A stretch of 64,000 nucleotides of DNA from an uncultured Nitrospiraceae bacterium (GTDB taxonomy: Bacteria; Nitrospirota; Thermodesulfovibrionia; Thermodesulfovibrionales; UBA6898). This document shows positions 36,759 to 47,383 of this stretch, piece by piece. The first letter of the stretch is position 1. Each line of letters begins with the position of its first letter. A program made the position numbers and the translations under genes. The notes under the pieces were generated by a model. It saw nothing but the letters and a program-made list of their open reading frames with translations, was not told where the DNA came from and did not search any database. The stretch lies in contig CAWEQH010000004.1 of assembly GCA_963811165.1 (NCBI GenBank), positions 160,001 through 224,000 of the forward strand. Reading direction: 5' to 3'.

Positions 36759-39611
36759 ATGAGGGAAAAACTTGAACTGAAAATACTGGCGCTCGTGGCA
36801 GGTATGCTGCTGCTGGGCATAATTATAGCCGGGGTCATGGTACTGACCATCGAAAAAAAGAGTCTCTACAACCTGACCGAAACGGCTTCCGAGGCCACGG
36901 CGAACGTCATCGCCAAGGACGTAGAGCGGACGATGCTCGAGGGGAGGGCCGACCTCACAAAGGCGCTTGTGGAGGAACTGAAGGGCGCCAGCGGCGCGGA
37001 AGATATTTCCCTGGTGAATTACCGCGGCGCTAGGGCGTTTGATAAAGCGGCGCCTGAACTCGAGGCTGCTTTGATGAAGAAAATGGCGCGGACAAAGGCG
37101 CCGGTGTTCGTCAGGGAAGTGAAGAGTCTGATCTATTATAAGCCGCTTGAAAACGGTGAAAAATGCAGGACGTGCCACGCAAACGACCCCTCCATACTCG
37201 GCGCCGTCAAGACCTCGATATCAATAGCCAAAGAATATGCCGACGCATCCAGGATGATCATCATAGTGATTCTCGCCACGGTCCTCGCCTGCTTCGTCTT
37301 CAGCATCGTGCTATGGGCGATGATACGAAGGATGGTTATCCTGCCCCTGAAGTCCCTCGGAGATGCGGCGGCAAAACTCTCCGAAGGGGACATGTCCTTT
37401 AAAGTCGAGGTGAAGAGCACCGACGAGATAGGCAGGTTCAGTAAGGCGATACGGGAATCGCTGGTTTCGATATCCGGCATCCTGCAGAGGATCCAGGATG
37501 TGTCCAAGAAGGTGAAGCGCGTGGCTGCAGACGTCGAAAGTGAATCGAGAAAAGTGGTCGACGGGACGATGCTTGAGACCGAGGCGGTCAACAACATTTC
37601 GGCCTCGATAGAAGAACTAAACGCGGTCATATCCGAAATAGCCGGCGGGACTGACGCGCTTGCTGTCTCGGCCGAGGAGACATCCGCATCAATGGTGCAG
37701 ATGGCGGCCAATATTGACGAGATTACCAGCAACACGCAGGACATGTCCATGGCCGTGGAAGCGACATCCGCGTCGATAGAACAGCTGTCGGCCACCATCA
37801 AGGAGGTCGCATCAAACACCGGTGAACTGGCCGGGGCGGCGGAAGAGACGCAGTCTGCGATAGTGGAGATCGCGACCTCGGTTAAAGAGGTCGAGCAGAG
37901 GGCGAAGGAGTCTGCGATGCTCTCCGATAAAGTCAGGAACGAGGCCGTCACGTTCGGGATGGTCTCTGTCGAAAAAACGATCAAGGGAATGCAGAACATA
38001 AAGGCGTCGGTCGAGAAGACGGCGGATTATATAAAGAAGCTCGGGGGTCGTTCCGAGGAAATAGGCAAGATACTGAACGTGATAGATGAGATCACCGACC
38101 AGACTACGATGCTTGCCCTGAACGCGGCGATCCTGGCGGCGCAGGCAGGGGAACAAGGGAAGGGCTTCTCGGTTGTCGCCGACGAGATCAAGGAGCTCGC
38201 CGAGAGGACGTCGATGTCTACCCAGGAAATCGCCGCCCTCATACAGGCTGTCCAGCAGGAGGTGGGCGATGCGGCAGCCGCGATGGAAGAAGGGCTTAAG
38301 TCAGTCGAAACGGGATTCAAGGTGACCAACGAGGCCGTCGACGCACTAAGGAAAATTGTGGAAAGTTCCAGGAAATCTTACGAAATGGCTGCGGCGATAG
38401 AGCAGTCGACTACTGAGCAGGCAAAGGCGGCGCTCCTTGTCTCTGGGGCGATGGAGAAGGTCCTGGATATGGTGGGACAGATCGCAAAGGCCACGACCGA
38501 GCAAAACAGAGGGATCCAGCTCATTATGAATGCGACTGAGAAGATCAGGGACGTTTCCAGCTATGTAAAGACGGCAACGAACGAGCAGTCCTCGACCAGC
38601 AAACAGATTTCCATGGCGGTCGAACAGGTCTCCGAAAAGAGCCAGCAGATATCCCGGGCCATAAACGAACAGAAGATAGGTTCAAACCAGATATGGAACT
38701 CGGTTGAAAAGATAAAGGACCTGCCCAGACAAAACAGGGACCGCGCCTTCCACCTCGACAGAATGGTGAAAGAACTCCTTAGGGACGCCGAACTGGCGGC
38801 CATCGAGATGGAGAGGTTCACCTTCGCCGAGGACACTTCGGCCGGCCTGCTTAAGATGGGCATCGTACCACTCGAATCACCGGCCGTAATGTACAAGAAA
38901 TTCGCCCCCCTGGCTGAATACCTCAGTAAGAGGCTGAAGAGGAAGGTCGAACTGAGAGTAGCGGTGGATTTCCAGGGCGCGGTCAACGACATAGGACAGG
39001 GCATTACCCAGTTTTGTTTTATGACGCCGTCGACCTATGTCGAGGCGCACGACAGATATGCTGTCCGGGTGTTGGTGAAGGCCCTGCGGGAGGGCAAACC
39101 TTTTCAGCATTCCGTGATCGTCACGAGAAACGACAGCCCGATCAATAGTCTGGAAGATATAAAGGGCCGCTCCTTCGCGTTCGGAGATCTTCATTCCACT
39201 TCGAGCCACATAGTTCCGAGGGCGATGCTGTTGTCGGCGGGTGTCGACGTGTCGGGGCTCCTGTACCATAATTATCTGGGACACCACGATGATGTTGCGA
39301 AGGCGGTGCTTGCCGGAGATTTCGATGCAGGCGGGATAATGGAGTCGACCGCGTATGCGTTTCAGGACAAGGGGCTGAAATTCGTCAAGATTTCCGACGA
39401 TATTCCGGAATTCAATATCTGCGCTTCCCGTGACCTCGACCCTCAGCTCTCCGATGAATTAAAAGATGCGCTTGTGAGTTTAAACGACGGTACCGCCGAA
39501 GGGAGCGAGATACTGAAGTCCATCAGCAAGAGTTACACGGGCTTCCTTGAGGCTTCCGACGAGGATTACCACGGCGTAAGGACTATGATGACGAAGATAG
39601 GATTGGTCTGA
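36759..39611 (+). CDS. Methyl-accepting chemotaxis protein with a periplasmic c-heme (CxxCH) sensor and a C-terminal PhnD-like binding domain
   Basis: TM1, CRTCH, TM2, HAMP, long MA domain ([30 protein letters not shown]), then LKMGIVP...[12 protein letters not shown]...[16 protein letters not shown]. Confidence 0.9.
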   Translation: MREKLELKILALVAGMLLLGIIIAGVMVLTIEKKSLYNLTETASEATANVIAKDVERTMLEGRADLTKALVEELKGASGAEDISLVNYRGARAFDKAAPELEAALMKKMARTKAPVFVREVKSLIYYKPLENGEKCRTCHANDPSILGAVKTSISIAKEYADASRMIIIVILATVLACFVFSIVLWAMIRRMVILPLKSLGDAAAKLSEGDMSFKVEVKSTDEIGRFSKAIRESLVSISGILQRIQDVSKKVKRVAADVESESRKVVDGTMLETEAVNNISASIEELNAVISEIAGGTDALAVSAEETSASMVQMAANIDEITSNTQDMSMAVEATSASIEQLSATIKEVASNTGELAGAAEETQSAIVEIATSVKEVEQRAKESAMLSDKVRNEAVTFGMVSVEKTIKGMQNIKASVEKTADYIKKLGGRSEEIGKILNVIDEITDQTTMLALNAAILAAQAGEQGKGFSVVADEIKELAERTSMSTQEIAALIQAVQQEVGDAAAAMEEGLKSVETGFKVTNEAVDALRKIVESSRKSYEMAAAIEQSTTEQAKAALLVSGAMEKVLDMVGQIAKATTEQNRGIQLIMNATEKIRDVSSYVKTATNEQSSTSKQISMAVEQVSEKSQQISRAINEQKIGSNQIWNSVEKIKDLPRQNRDRAFHLDRMVKELLRDAELAAIEMERFTFAEDTSAGLLKMGIVPLESPAVMYKKFAPLAEYLSKRLKRKVELRVAVDFQGAVNDIGQGITQFCFMTPSTYVEAHDRYAVRVLVKALREGKPFQHSVIVTRNDSPINSLEDIKGRSFAFGDLHSTSSHIVPRAMLLSAGVDVSGLLYHNYLGHHDDVAKAVLAGDFDAGGIMESTAYAFQDKGLKFVKISDDIPEFNICASRDLDPQLSDELKDALVSLNDGTAEGSEILKSISKSYTGFLEASDEDYHGVRTMMTKIGLV

Positions 39612-39701
39612 GGTCCGGCTATGACGGGTGAAAAAGGCAAAACGGAAAAGGGGGGTTAAGATGAGAAGGACGATTTCGTCGCGGACGGCGGTGAAGGTGA
39701 C

Positions 39702-41723
39702 ATGATATTGAATAAATCCATAACGACAAAATTCCTGGCCGCACTATTTGTGATCCTCCTGGTGGGACAGTCGCTCGGGGCGCTCATTATGATTTTATAT
39801 TCACGCTCGGCGCTTATCGATTCTCTTGAGAACAGGATGAAGAGAGAGTCAGCTATCGCCGCGGGAGTCACGGCGGGGCCTCTTCTTAGTTACGACTACG
39901 TACTTATCGACTCTTGTCTGGAAGAAATTGCTAAAGACGAGGACATTACCGCCATACGCGTACTGGACGCCAGCGGGAAAGTCGCCCGGGAACGCATAAA
40001 AAAGCTCGACAACGATTCTTCTGCCGCCAGCTTCTTTTATAAAAAGGACTTCTCTTTCAGGGTCCCTGTTATGGCAGCGGGCGCCAAGATCGGAGAGGTG
40101 GTCATCGACTTTACCACGAAATCGATAAACAGGCACCTTTCCGAAAATGTGCTGACGATTTCTCTCTATCAGGTTATCATGCTGTTTGCCGTGGGCGTGA
40201 TCATGATGTCCCTTTTCAACAGGAACATCAAGAGACCTGTATCCGAGGTCAACAAGACGATCGAGAGGATCACGATGGGCGAGCTGTCCACCGAGGTCCC
40301 CGACCTTGGGGAAAACGAGATAGGCAGTATCGCCAAGGGCATCTCCTTTCTTGCCGAGAGACTTTCTCTCACCGTTTCGAGGCTCAATTCCACTGCGGTG
40401 AACGTAACGATGGCGATCAAACAGGTAGACCTGACTTATAAGAATGCGATAGCGGGGACAACAAGGCAGACGACGGCTGTAAAGGATGTCGTTAAGTCCA
40501 TCCATAACGCCAATAAAGTGGAGTCCGAAATCAGCGACAGCGCGGAAAAGCTTGCGAGTCTGTCCACGGAAAACGTGTCGTCGTTAATCGAACTGAAGGC
40601 CACCGCGGAGGAGATAGCCTCGAGCAACCAGCGACTTTTCAAGGCGACCGAGGATTCTTACTCCGTCGTAGCGGAGATGACCCATACCGCAAAGGCGATT
40701 TCGAAGAATTCCGGAGAGGCCCTCTCGGCCGTCGAGGATACCTCCGCCTCTATCGAAGAGATTGGGGCCTCCATCAGGGAGGTCGAGGACCACGCCAAGG
40801 AATCGTCCAAGATGGCGGAGCAGGTAAAGGAGATTACCTCGGACATCGGTATGCTTTCGATCGTAAATGCCGTTGAAGGAATGGAAAAGATCTCTGAAGA
40901 GGTGAAGAAATCCTCCGAGATCGTGCAAAGGCTGGGAACCAGGTCGTCCGATATCGAGAAGGTGCTCTCAGTGATAAAGGACGTAACGGAACAGACGAAC
41001 CTCCTCAGCTTAAACGCGGCGATCCTCGCGGCGCAGGCCGGCGAGTACGGGAAGGGTTTTTCAGTCGTGGCTGACGAGATAAGGGCTCTGTCGGAGAGGA
41101 CCGCGAGTTCGACGAGGGAGATAGGGGGCATCGTCAAGACGATCCAAGAGGACATAAGGGACGCGGTTTTTTCGATCGATTCGGCAAATGCGAAGGTGGA
41201 GGAGGGCAACGGACTTGTGCTCAAGGTAGGAGACGCCCTCAGGGAGATCCTGACCGCATCCGAACACTCCACCGAGATGACCAAGGCGATCGAAAGAGCG
41301 ACGGAGGAACAGTCGCTCGGCCTGCGGCAGGTCACCGCGGCAATCGAGGACATCAGGAAGATGATGCACAGTGTGGCGAAGGCCACGAGCGAGCAGGACA
41401 ACGCCCTCAGTTATCTTCTCGAAGGAGTGGGTGAGGTCAAGGAGGTCGCCGACCTAAGCAAACGCGGGACCGAGGAGCAGGCGATCGGCACGAGGGGCAT
41501 ATCCAAGAATCTCGAACTGGCCAACGAAAGGATCACCAGGATAAACGAGGCGGTCCTGAACCATAAGAAGTTTAATGACTCGATCATCCAGGCCATGGAC
41601 CAGATCGGCAACATCGGGGTATCCACGGTAAAAGACATGGAAGAGGTTTCACTTTCCCTGAGCGCGCTCTTTGAGGAGATCAATGTTTTGAAAAAGGAGA
41701 TGGAGGTTTTTAAGGTAAAGTAG
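39702..41723 (+). CDS. Methyl-accepting chemotaxis protein (long signalling domain)
   Basis: Two TMs, a ~120-aa periplasmic domain, HAMP and [31 protein letters not shown]. Confidence 0.93.
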   Translation: MILNKSITTKFLAALFVILLVGQSLGALIMILYSRSALIDSLENRMKRESAIAAGVTAGPLLSYDYVLIDSCLEEIAKDEDITAIRVLDASGKVARERIKKLDNDSSAASFFYKKDFSFRVPVMAAGAKIGEVVIDFTTKSINRHLSENVLTISLYQVIMLFAVGVIMMSLFNRNIKRPVSEVNKTIERITMGELSTEVPDLGENEIGSIAKGISFLAERLSLTVSRLNSTAVNVTMAIKQVDLTYKNAIAGTTRQTTAVKDVVKSIHNANKVESEISDSAEKLASLSTENVSSLIELKATAEEIASSNQRLFKATEDSYSVVAEMTHTAKAISKNSGEALSAVEDTSASIEEIGASIREVEDHAKESSKMAEQVKEITSDIGMLSIVNAVEGMEKISEEVKKSSEIVQRLGTRSSDIEKVLSVIKDVTEQTNLLSLNAAILAAQAGEYGKGFSVVADEIRALSERTASSTREIGGIVKTIQEDIRDAVFSIDSANAKVEEGNGLVLKVGDALREILTASEHSTEMTKAIERATEEQSLGLRQVTAAIEDIRKMMHSVAKATSEQDNALSYLLEGVGEVKEVADLSKRGTEEQAIGTRGISKNLELANERITRINEAVLNHKKFNDSIIQAMDQIGNIGVSTVKDMEEVSLSLSALFEEINVLKKEMEVFKVK

Positions 41724-42212
41724 ATGCGTAAATTTGCGGTATTTACGATAGCGGATGAAATGTTCGGCGTCGAGATCGAACGGGTGGTCGAGATCATCAG
41801 GGTGCAGAAGATATTTTCTATTCCCGGGCTGCCTGATTTCCTGTCGGGGGTCATGAGCGTAAGGGGGATGGTGGTCCCTCTTGTGGACCTCAGAAGGCGC
41901 TTTGGAAAGGAGCCTTCGGGAAAGAAGGAGCGGATAGTCATAGTCCGTTTCGGACAGGAAAAGATAGGGCTGCTCGTCGACGGGATAAAGGAAATCATGT
42001 CGCTGGCCGCCGAAGAAATGACAATGCCGCCCTCCCTCTTCAAGGGTTTCAGGACGGAGTATCTGACCGGCCTCGGAAAAAAGGACGGGGTGATCATCAT
42101 CTTGCTCAATATCGACAACCTCCTTACTTCGGAAGAGAAGATCATGCTGAAGGAATCGATGGGACTGATAGAGGAGAGCGGTGCAGGAATTAATAAAACG
42201 GATCAGCGATAG
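41724..42212 (+). CDS. cheW: CheW
   Basis: FAVFTIADEMFGV, VVEII, SVRGMVVPLVDLR and GLLVD motifs. Confidence 0.93.
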   Translation: MRKFAVFTIADEMFGVEIERVVEIIRVQKIFSIPGLPDFLSGVMSVRGMVVPLVDLRRRFGKEPSGKKERIVIVRFGQEKIGLLVDGIKEIMSLAAEEMTMPPSLFKGFRTEYLTGLGKKDGVIIILLNIDNLLTSEEKIMLKESMGLIEESGAGINKTDQR

Positions 42213-44154
42213 CAACGTAGAGACAAGAAGAGAGGCCGTCGAGAGCATAAAGGGGAGGAAGGACAACACATATATCCCCCTATTGCTCAAGGCTATGGAA
42301 GACCCAAGCTGGCGCGTCAGGAAGACGGCGGTCGACATTCTCTTCGATGACTATCCGGTCGAAAAATACATTCCGGGACTGATTGGACTTCTTTCCATCG
42401 AAGACAATGCAGGGGCGAGAAACTCCGCGATTGAGGCGCTTATCAGACTCGGCAAAAAGGCCACGGTCTATCTTGTCGATGCCTTCAAGACTCCCAACAG
42501 GGACGTAAGAAAATTCATTATCGACGTCCTCGGCGAGCAAAGAGACGCCAGGTCGCTGCCCCTGATGCTTGAGGCGATCAGGGACGAGGATGAAAACGTC
42601 AGTGCGACGGCGGTGGAGCACCTGGGAAAGGTCGGAGAGGTCTCGGTGGTGGACGCGCTTATTGAGATACTCGACGGCGGAGACCTATGGGTGGCCTACC
42701 CCGCCGCAGACGCACTGGGGAGGATCGGCAATAAGAAGGCGGTCCCGCATCTGCTTGGTGCGCTCAAGAAAAAACCTCTGAGGGAACCGGTGATGAAGGC
42801 CCTTGGACGACTTTCAGAGGCCTCGACGATCAAGCATATCGTCCCGCTCCTCGATGACCCTTCGAGGAATATCCAGGAGCAGGCGCTGAAGACGATCGAA
42901 AGGTTTTATCATAACGGTGTCGATGCCGATTATATAATTGGAGAAATGAGGAGGATCCTTGGTCCCAGGGTGATGGAACTCCTGATAAGCCACGCCTGGT
43001 CGACGAAACGGGAGGTGAGAATCTCGGCGATTCTGTTGCTCGGCCTGATGAAGGACGAGGCGGCGTACGGTCCCCTTCTGGACATATCGCAGGAAGAGGA
43101 GTTTACTGAAGACGTGAAAAACGCCCTCGTCTACATAGGAAGAGACAAGCCGGAATCGCTGTTGAAGCTCTTTGATACGGACAACCCTCACCAGATGCGC
43201 TTTATCTGCGAGGTGACTGAAAGGGTCGTTTCACCTGTCTACTATGATATCCTCGAAGGGCTTCTTACGAATGCGGACGGCCATGTAAGGGCCACGGCGG
43301 CGATCAGCATTTCGAAGCTCGCTGACCGGCGGTCGGTCGAAAAGCTTAAAAGGCTGCTGGTCGATCCTTATGAGGACGTACAGGAGGCAGCGGTGGAGGC
43401 GCTTTCGAACCTTAAGGACGCGCTGGACGCGGGGCAGCTGGTGCCTTCATTAGGACATGCCGATGCCGTGTTAAGGAGGAATACGGCGCTACTTATGGGG
43501 AAGATAAAGGCGTCTGCTTCGGTGAAGAACCTCGGGTTTGCGCTGAAAGACGAAAACGTAAGGGTGAGAAAGGCGGTCGTGGGGGCGCTTTCTTCCATAG
43601 GCACTGAGGAGGCCGTGAGGTATCTCACTTACGCCCTTACCGACGAAAGCGCTGACATCAGGACCTCTGCTGCACTGAGTCTCGGCGCCATCGGAGGCAA
43701 AGACGTTCTTGAGTCTCTCACGATCCTGAGCAAGGACACCGACAATTCCGTCAGGGTCGCTGCAGCGAAGTCGCTTGGCATGCTGAAAGACAAAAGCGCG
43801 GTGGGGACTCTGATCGGCCTGTTGGCCGACAGGAACGGTTTCGTGGTGACGACCGCGATTGAGTCTTTGAGCGGGCTGAGAGGAGATGAGGCGAGGGACG
43901 CAATTATCGGGATGCTCTCGTCTGCCGACGACGAGGTCAGGAGGACGGCGATCACCGCGCTTGCACCTTTCGAAAATATGGAAAGCAGTCTTATCCCTTT
44001 TCTTAAAGACCCGGACTGGGCGACCAGGATCGCCGCGGTCAGGACCCTTGGCAGAAATGCGGGAGGGTATGTCAGGAAAGAACTCGAAAGGCTCCTTGAC
44101 ACTGAAGAAGATCCGACCGTAATTAAGGCTGTCGAGGAGATCCTTCTTGTTTGA
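42181..44154 (+). CDS. HEAT/PBS-lyase repeat protein
   Basis: Many D..VR.AA..ALG repeats (DPSWRVRK, DENVRVRK, DPDWATR). Confidence 0.9.
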   Translation: MQELIKRISDSNVETRREAVESIKGRKDNTYIPLLLKAMEDPSWRVRKTAVDILFDDYPVEKYIPGLIGLLSIEDNAGARNSAIEALIRLGKKATVYLVDAFKTPNRDVRKFIIDVLGEQRDARSLPLMLEAIRDEDENVSATAVEHLGKVGEVSVVDALIEILDGGDLWVAYPAADALGRIGNKKAVPHLLGALKKKPLREPVMKALGRLSEASTIKHIVPLLDDPSRNIQEQALKTIERFYHNGVDADYIIGEMRRILGPRVMELLISHAWSTKREVRISAILLLGLMKDEAAYGPLLDISQEEEFTEDVKNALVYIGRDKPESLLKLFDTDNPHQMRFICEVTERVVSPVYYDILEGLLTNADGHVRATAAISISKLADRRSVEKLKRLLVDPYEDVQEAAVEALSNLKDALDAGQLVPSLGHADAVLRRNTALLMGKIKASASVKNLGFALKDENVRVRKAVVGALSSIGTEEAVRYLTYALTDESADIRTSAALSLGAIGGKDVLESLTILSKDTDNSVRVAAAKSLGMLKDKSAVGTLIGLLADRNGFVVTTAIESLSGLRGDEARDAIIGMLSSADDEVRRTAITALAPFENMESSLIPFLKDPDWATRIAAVRTLGRNAGGYVRKELERLLDTEEDPTVIKAVEEILLV

Positions 44155-45016
44155 AAAAGAAGACGTTATCCCGCTTTCCGATGATGTATTCCGGCTCATA
44201 AGGGACATTATTAAGGACTACTGCGGATTATATTTCGACGACGGCTCCAAATACCTTCTTGAGAGGAGGCTTGCAAGAAGGATACGCAGCCTGCATCTTG
44301 ACGACTTCAGGGACTACTACCGCTTTCTCAGGTACGACAAGAACTCCGAAGAGGAGCTCGCGGCGATCATCGACCTGCTGACGGTGAATGAAACCTATTT
44401 TTTCAGGGAGCAAAACCAGCTGAAGGCCTTCAGCGAGGAGATCCTGGAAGAATTAAGAGAAAAGAACCGCGACAGAAGGTCTTTGAGGATATGGTCCGCA
44501 GGGTGTTCGACGGGCGAGGAGCCCTATACGATTGCGATGCTTATACAGGAAACGGGGAACTTCGCAGGCTGGGACATTGAAATATACGGAAGCGACATCA
44601 ACCAGAGGGTGCTGCAGGCGGCCAGGAAAGGGATATACAGAAGGAACTCATTCAGAACGGCTGAGACACGGTATATCGACAGGTATTTTGCCCAGGAGGA
44701 CGATTCCTACAGGATAGCAGACGGCGTCAAACGATATGTAAACTTCAGTTACCTGAACCTCCTTGATTCTTTCAGGACGAGGTTCCTCGGCAAAATGGAT
44801 GTGATTTTATGCAGAAATGTATTAATATATTTTGACGGTCCTTCACGGAAGAAGGTAATAGAAAATTTCTATGACAGACTGGTAGACGGCGGGTATCTCC
44901 TGCTTGGTCACGCCGAGTCGCTGATAAATATATCGACCGCCTTTACCTTGAAGCATTTCAAAAATGATATGGTGTATCAGAAGCCCCCGGGCAAGCACCC
45001 GGGCTTCAGACACTGA
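44147..45016 (+). CDS. cheR: Chemotaxis methyltransferase
   Basis: TVNETYFFRE, IWSAGCSTGEEPY, CRNVLIYF and GHAESL motifs. Confidence 0.96.
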   Translation: MFEKEDVIPLSDDVFRLIRDIIKDYCGLYFDDGSKYLLERRLARRIRSLHLDDFRDYYRFLRYDKNSEEELAAIIDLLTVNETYFFREQNQLKAFSEEILEELREKNRDRRSLRIWSAGCSTGEEPYTIAMLIQETGNFAGWDIEIYGSDINQRVLQAARKGIYRRNSFRTAETRYIDRYFAQEDDSYRIADGVKRYVNFSYLNLLDSFRTRFLGKMDVILCRNVLIYFDGPSRKKVIENFYDRLVDGGYLLLGHAESLINISTAFTLKHFKNDMVYQKPPGKHPGFRH

Positions 45017-45041
45017 GATGCAAAACTACCCGACAGGAGTT

Positions 45042-46112
45042 ATGCAGGTGTCCACAAAAATACTTATCGTCGACGATTCTGCGTATACGAGGCAGATGAT
45101 TAAAAAGATCGTCGAGCAGGAGGCGGGGCTCGAGGTTGTGGGCATCGCTTCCGACGGCATCGACGCCATGGCCAAGACGCTCAGGTTGAAGCCCGACATC
45201 ATTACCCTCGATTTCGAGATGCCGGAGATGGACGGCTTCAGTTTTTTGCGCTGGCTGATGCGTGAAAGACCCACGCCAGTGATCATGGTGAGCTCCCACA
45301 ATGACTCGAAAACCGTGTTCAAGGCGCTCGAATTCGGGGCGGTCGATTTTATCGCAAAGCCGACAAAGCGCGCCTCGCTTGAGCTGCAGAGAATCGAGAA
45401 GGACCTCATAAGAAAGATCAGGGGGATAAAAGATATCAGGCTGGACATCCTCAGCAATAACCTGAAATTGCTCGACAAAGAAGAGCGTGTCGAGCCTGCC
45501 GGCGAAGTCGGCAAGCACTCCGTGCAGGTGGTCGCCGTGGGGTCTTCGACGGGCGGCCCCGCGGCGCTTCAGATCGTCCTGTCGAGACTGCCCGCGGATT
45601 TTCCCGCGGCGATCATCATAAGCCAGCACATGCCGCGGGGTTTTACCGGCCAGCTTTCCGAAAGGCTCAACAGGTTGTCTCAGTTGAGGATAAAGGAGGC
45701 CGAGGACCTTGATCCGATCACGCCCGGCCAGGCGTTGATCTGTCCCGGCGGGTACCATCTCGGGGTGAGGCGCCGTGGATCAAAGGAAGTGATCGTATTG
45801 AAAGAGGGGAAAATCAGCGACAAATATATACCGTCCGTGGACCATATGATGAAGTCGGCGGCCGATGTGTTCGGGGCAAACACTATGGGAGTTGTACTGA
45901 CCGGCATGGGCAATGACGGGAAGCAGGGCGTGGTGGAAATTAAAGCCAAAGGTGGGTATACTATAGCAGAGTCGGAAGCAAGTGCGGTGGTTTTCGGCAT
46001 GCCGGCAGAGGCGATAAAGACGGGAGCGGTCGAAAGTGTGCTCCCGATATCCGAGGTTGCGTTTGAAATATTGAGAGTTGTAAGTTACTCGGCCAAGAGG
46101 GAGAAGGATTAG
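45042..46112 (+). CDS. cheB: Chemotaxis methylesterase/response regulator
   Basis: REC domain plus SSTGGP, QHMP, PSVD, LTGMGNDG and VFGMP motifs. CAGGAG SD before ATG 45042. Confidence 0.96.
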   Translation: MQVSTKILIVDDSAYTRQMIKKIVEQEAGLEVVGIASDGIDAMAKTLRLKPDIITLDFEMPEMDGFSFLRWLMRERPTPVIMVSSHNDSKTVFKALEFGAVDFIAKPTKRASLELQRIEKDLIRKIRGIKDIRLDILSNNLKLLDKEERVEPAGEVGKHSVQVVAVGSSTGGPAALQIVLSRLPADFPAAIIISQHMPRGFTGQLSERLNRLSQLRIKEAEDLDPITPGQALICPGGYHLGVRRRGSKEVIVLKEGKISDKYIPSVDHMMKSAADVFGANTMGVVLTGMGNDGKQGVVEIKAKGGYTIAESEASAVVFGMPAEAIKTGAVESVLPISEVAFEILRVVSYSAKREKD

Positions 46113-46933
46113 TGGAAAAAGAGACCGGTTTTGTCGGCAAGGCGGACGAATTCCTTCAGATGTTCAAGAAAGGGGAGGAATTCACGAAAGAACTCCTTAA
46201 GGAAAACGAGAAGCTGAGATACAAGATCGCCCAGCTCGAAGAGACCCTGCAGAGGTCAGGAGACGAGGCGAGGACCAGGCTATATGAAGACAGGATCGGC
46301 CTGCTGGAAGAGGAGCTGAAATCCCTCAAAGAAAGGTTCAGAAAGGTGGAGGAGGAGAACAAGGACTTCGCCTCCAAGTATCTCGAGGTGGAAGAGGAAA
46401 ACAACAACCTCGCCAATCTCTACGTGGCGAGCTACCAGTTGCATTCCACCCTCGATTTTTCCGAGGTCTTAAGGATTGTCCTTGAGATCATCATCAATCT
46501 CATCGGCGCCGAGAAATTCGCGGTACTGCTGATAGACGACAAGACGAACGAGCTTATACCGGTAAGCGCCGAGGGCATGGCCGTCTCAGAGGCCCCCAAG
46601 ATAAAGATCGGCCAGGGTACAATAGGGACCGTTGCCAAGGAAGGGGAAAGTTTCTTTTCAGATAACCTGATCGGCGCCGCGGAGTTTGATCCTCATGAGC
46701 CCATCGTATGCATCCCGCTTAAGATAAAGGAGCATGTCATAGGCGTACTGTCGATCTACAAGCTTCTTACGCAGAAAGCCGGTTTTACGAACGTAGACTA
46801 TGAGCTTTTCAACCTGTTGGCCGGTCATGCGGCGACTGCGATCTTTTCATCCCGGATGTATACGCAATCTGAGAGAAAACTTACTACTATACAGAGTTTC
46901 CTGGATCTCCTCAAAGAGAAGCCGAGGAAATAG
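46112..46933 (+). CDS. Coiled-coil plus GAF domain protein
   Basis: E/K/L heptad N-terminus, NLANLYVASYQLHSTL, GTIGTVA and CIPLKI. No output domain. Confidence 0.8.
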   Translation: MEKETGFVGKADEFLQMFKKGEEFTKELLKENEKLRYKIAQLEETLQRSGDEARTRLYEDRIGLLEEELKSLKERFRKVEEENKDFASKYLEVEEENNNLANLYVASYQLHSTLDFSEVLRIVLEIIINLIGAEKFAVLLIDDKTNELIPVSAEGMAVSEAPKIKIGQGTIGTVAKEGESFFSDNLIGAAEFDPHEPIVCIPLKIKEHVIGVLSIYKLLTQKAGFTNVDYELFNLLAGHAATAIFSSRMYTQSERKLTTIQSFLDLLKEKPRK

Positions 46934-46945
46934 GGGGATTGTGAT

Positions 46946-47314
46946 ATGCCGAATATTCTCGTTGTTGAAGATTCGCCGACGATGAGGCAGCTTATCAGTT
47001 TTGCGATAAAGCGGATCCCAAGTTGTCATGTTATTGAGGCCACCGATGGTGTGGATGCGCTCAAAAAACTTTCGTCGGAGAAGATCGATCTTATCCTTGC
47101 CGACATCAATATGCCGGTAATGGACGGTCTCAAACTTGTGAGCCTTGTTCGGGGGAACGCGGCGTATAAAGATATTCCTGTAATAATAGTCACGACCGAA
47201 GGCGCAGAAGAAGACAGAAAGAGGGCGCTCTCAATCGGTGCCAACGCCTACCTGCCAAAACCGATCCAGACGCAGGAACTGCTCAAGCTCGTAAATACCT
47301 ACCTGGCCAGATGA
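46946..47314 (+). CDS. cheY: CheY-like single-domain response regulator
   Basis: ILVVEDS, ADINMP, VTT and PKP motifs. Confidence 0.85.
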   Translation: MPNILVVEDSPTMRQLISFAIKRIPSCHVIEATDGVDALKKLSSEKIDLILADINMPVMDGLKLVSLVRGNAAYKDIPVIIVTTEGAEEDRKRALSIGANAYLPKPIQTQELLKLVNTYLAR

Positions 47315-47383
47315 CCCACGAAGTCCATTTGCCGGATGTCGCCGCCGATTTGTCCTGACCATTTTATTGTTCCAAAAAAGAGG

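Noticed and set aside
37136..45758. Numerous long antisense ORFs over the chemosensory genes (and similar ones elsewhere)
   Set aside because: Shadow frames of well-supported genes, with no motifs.
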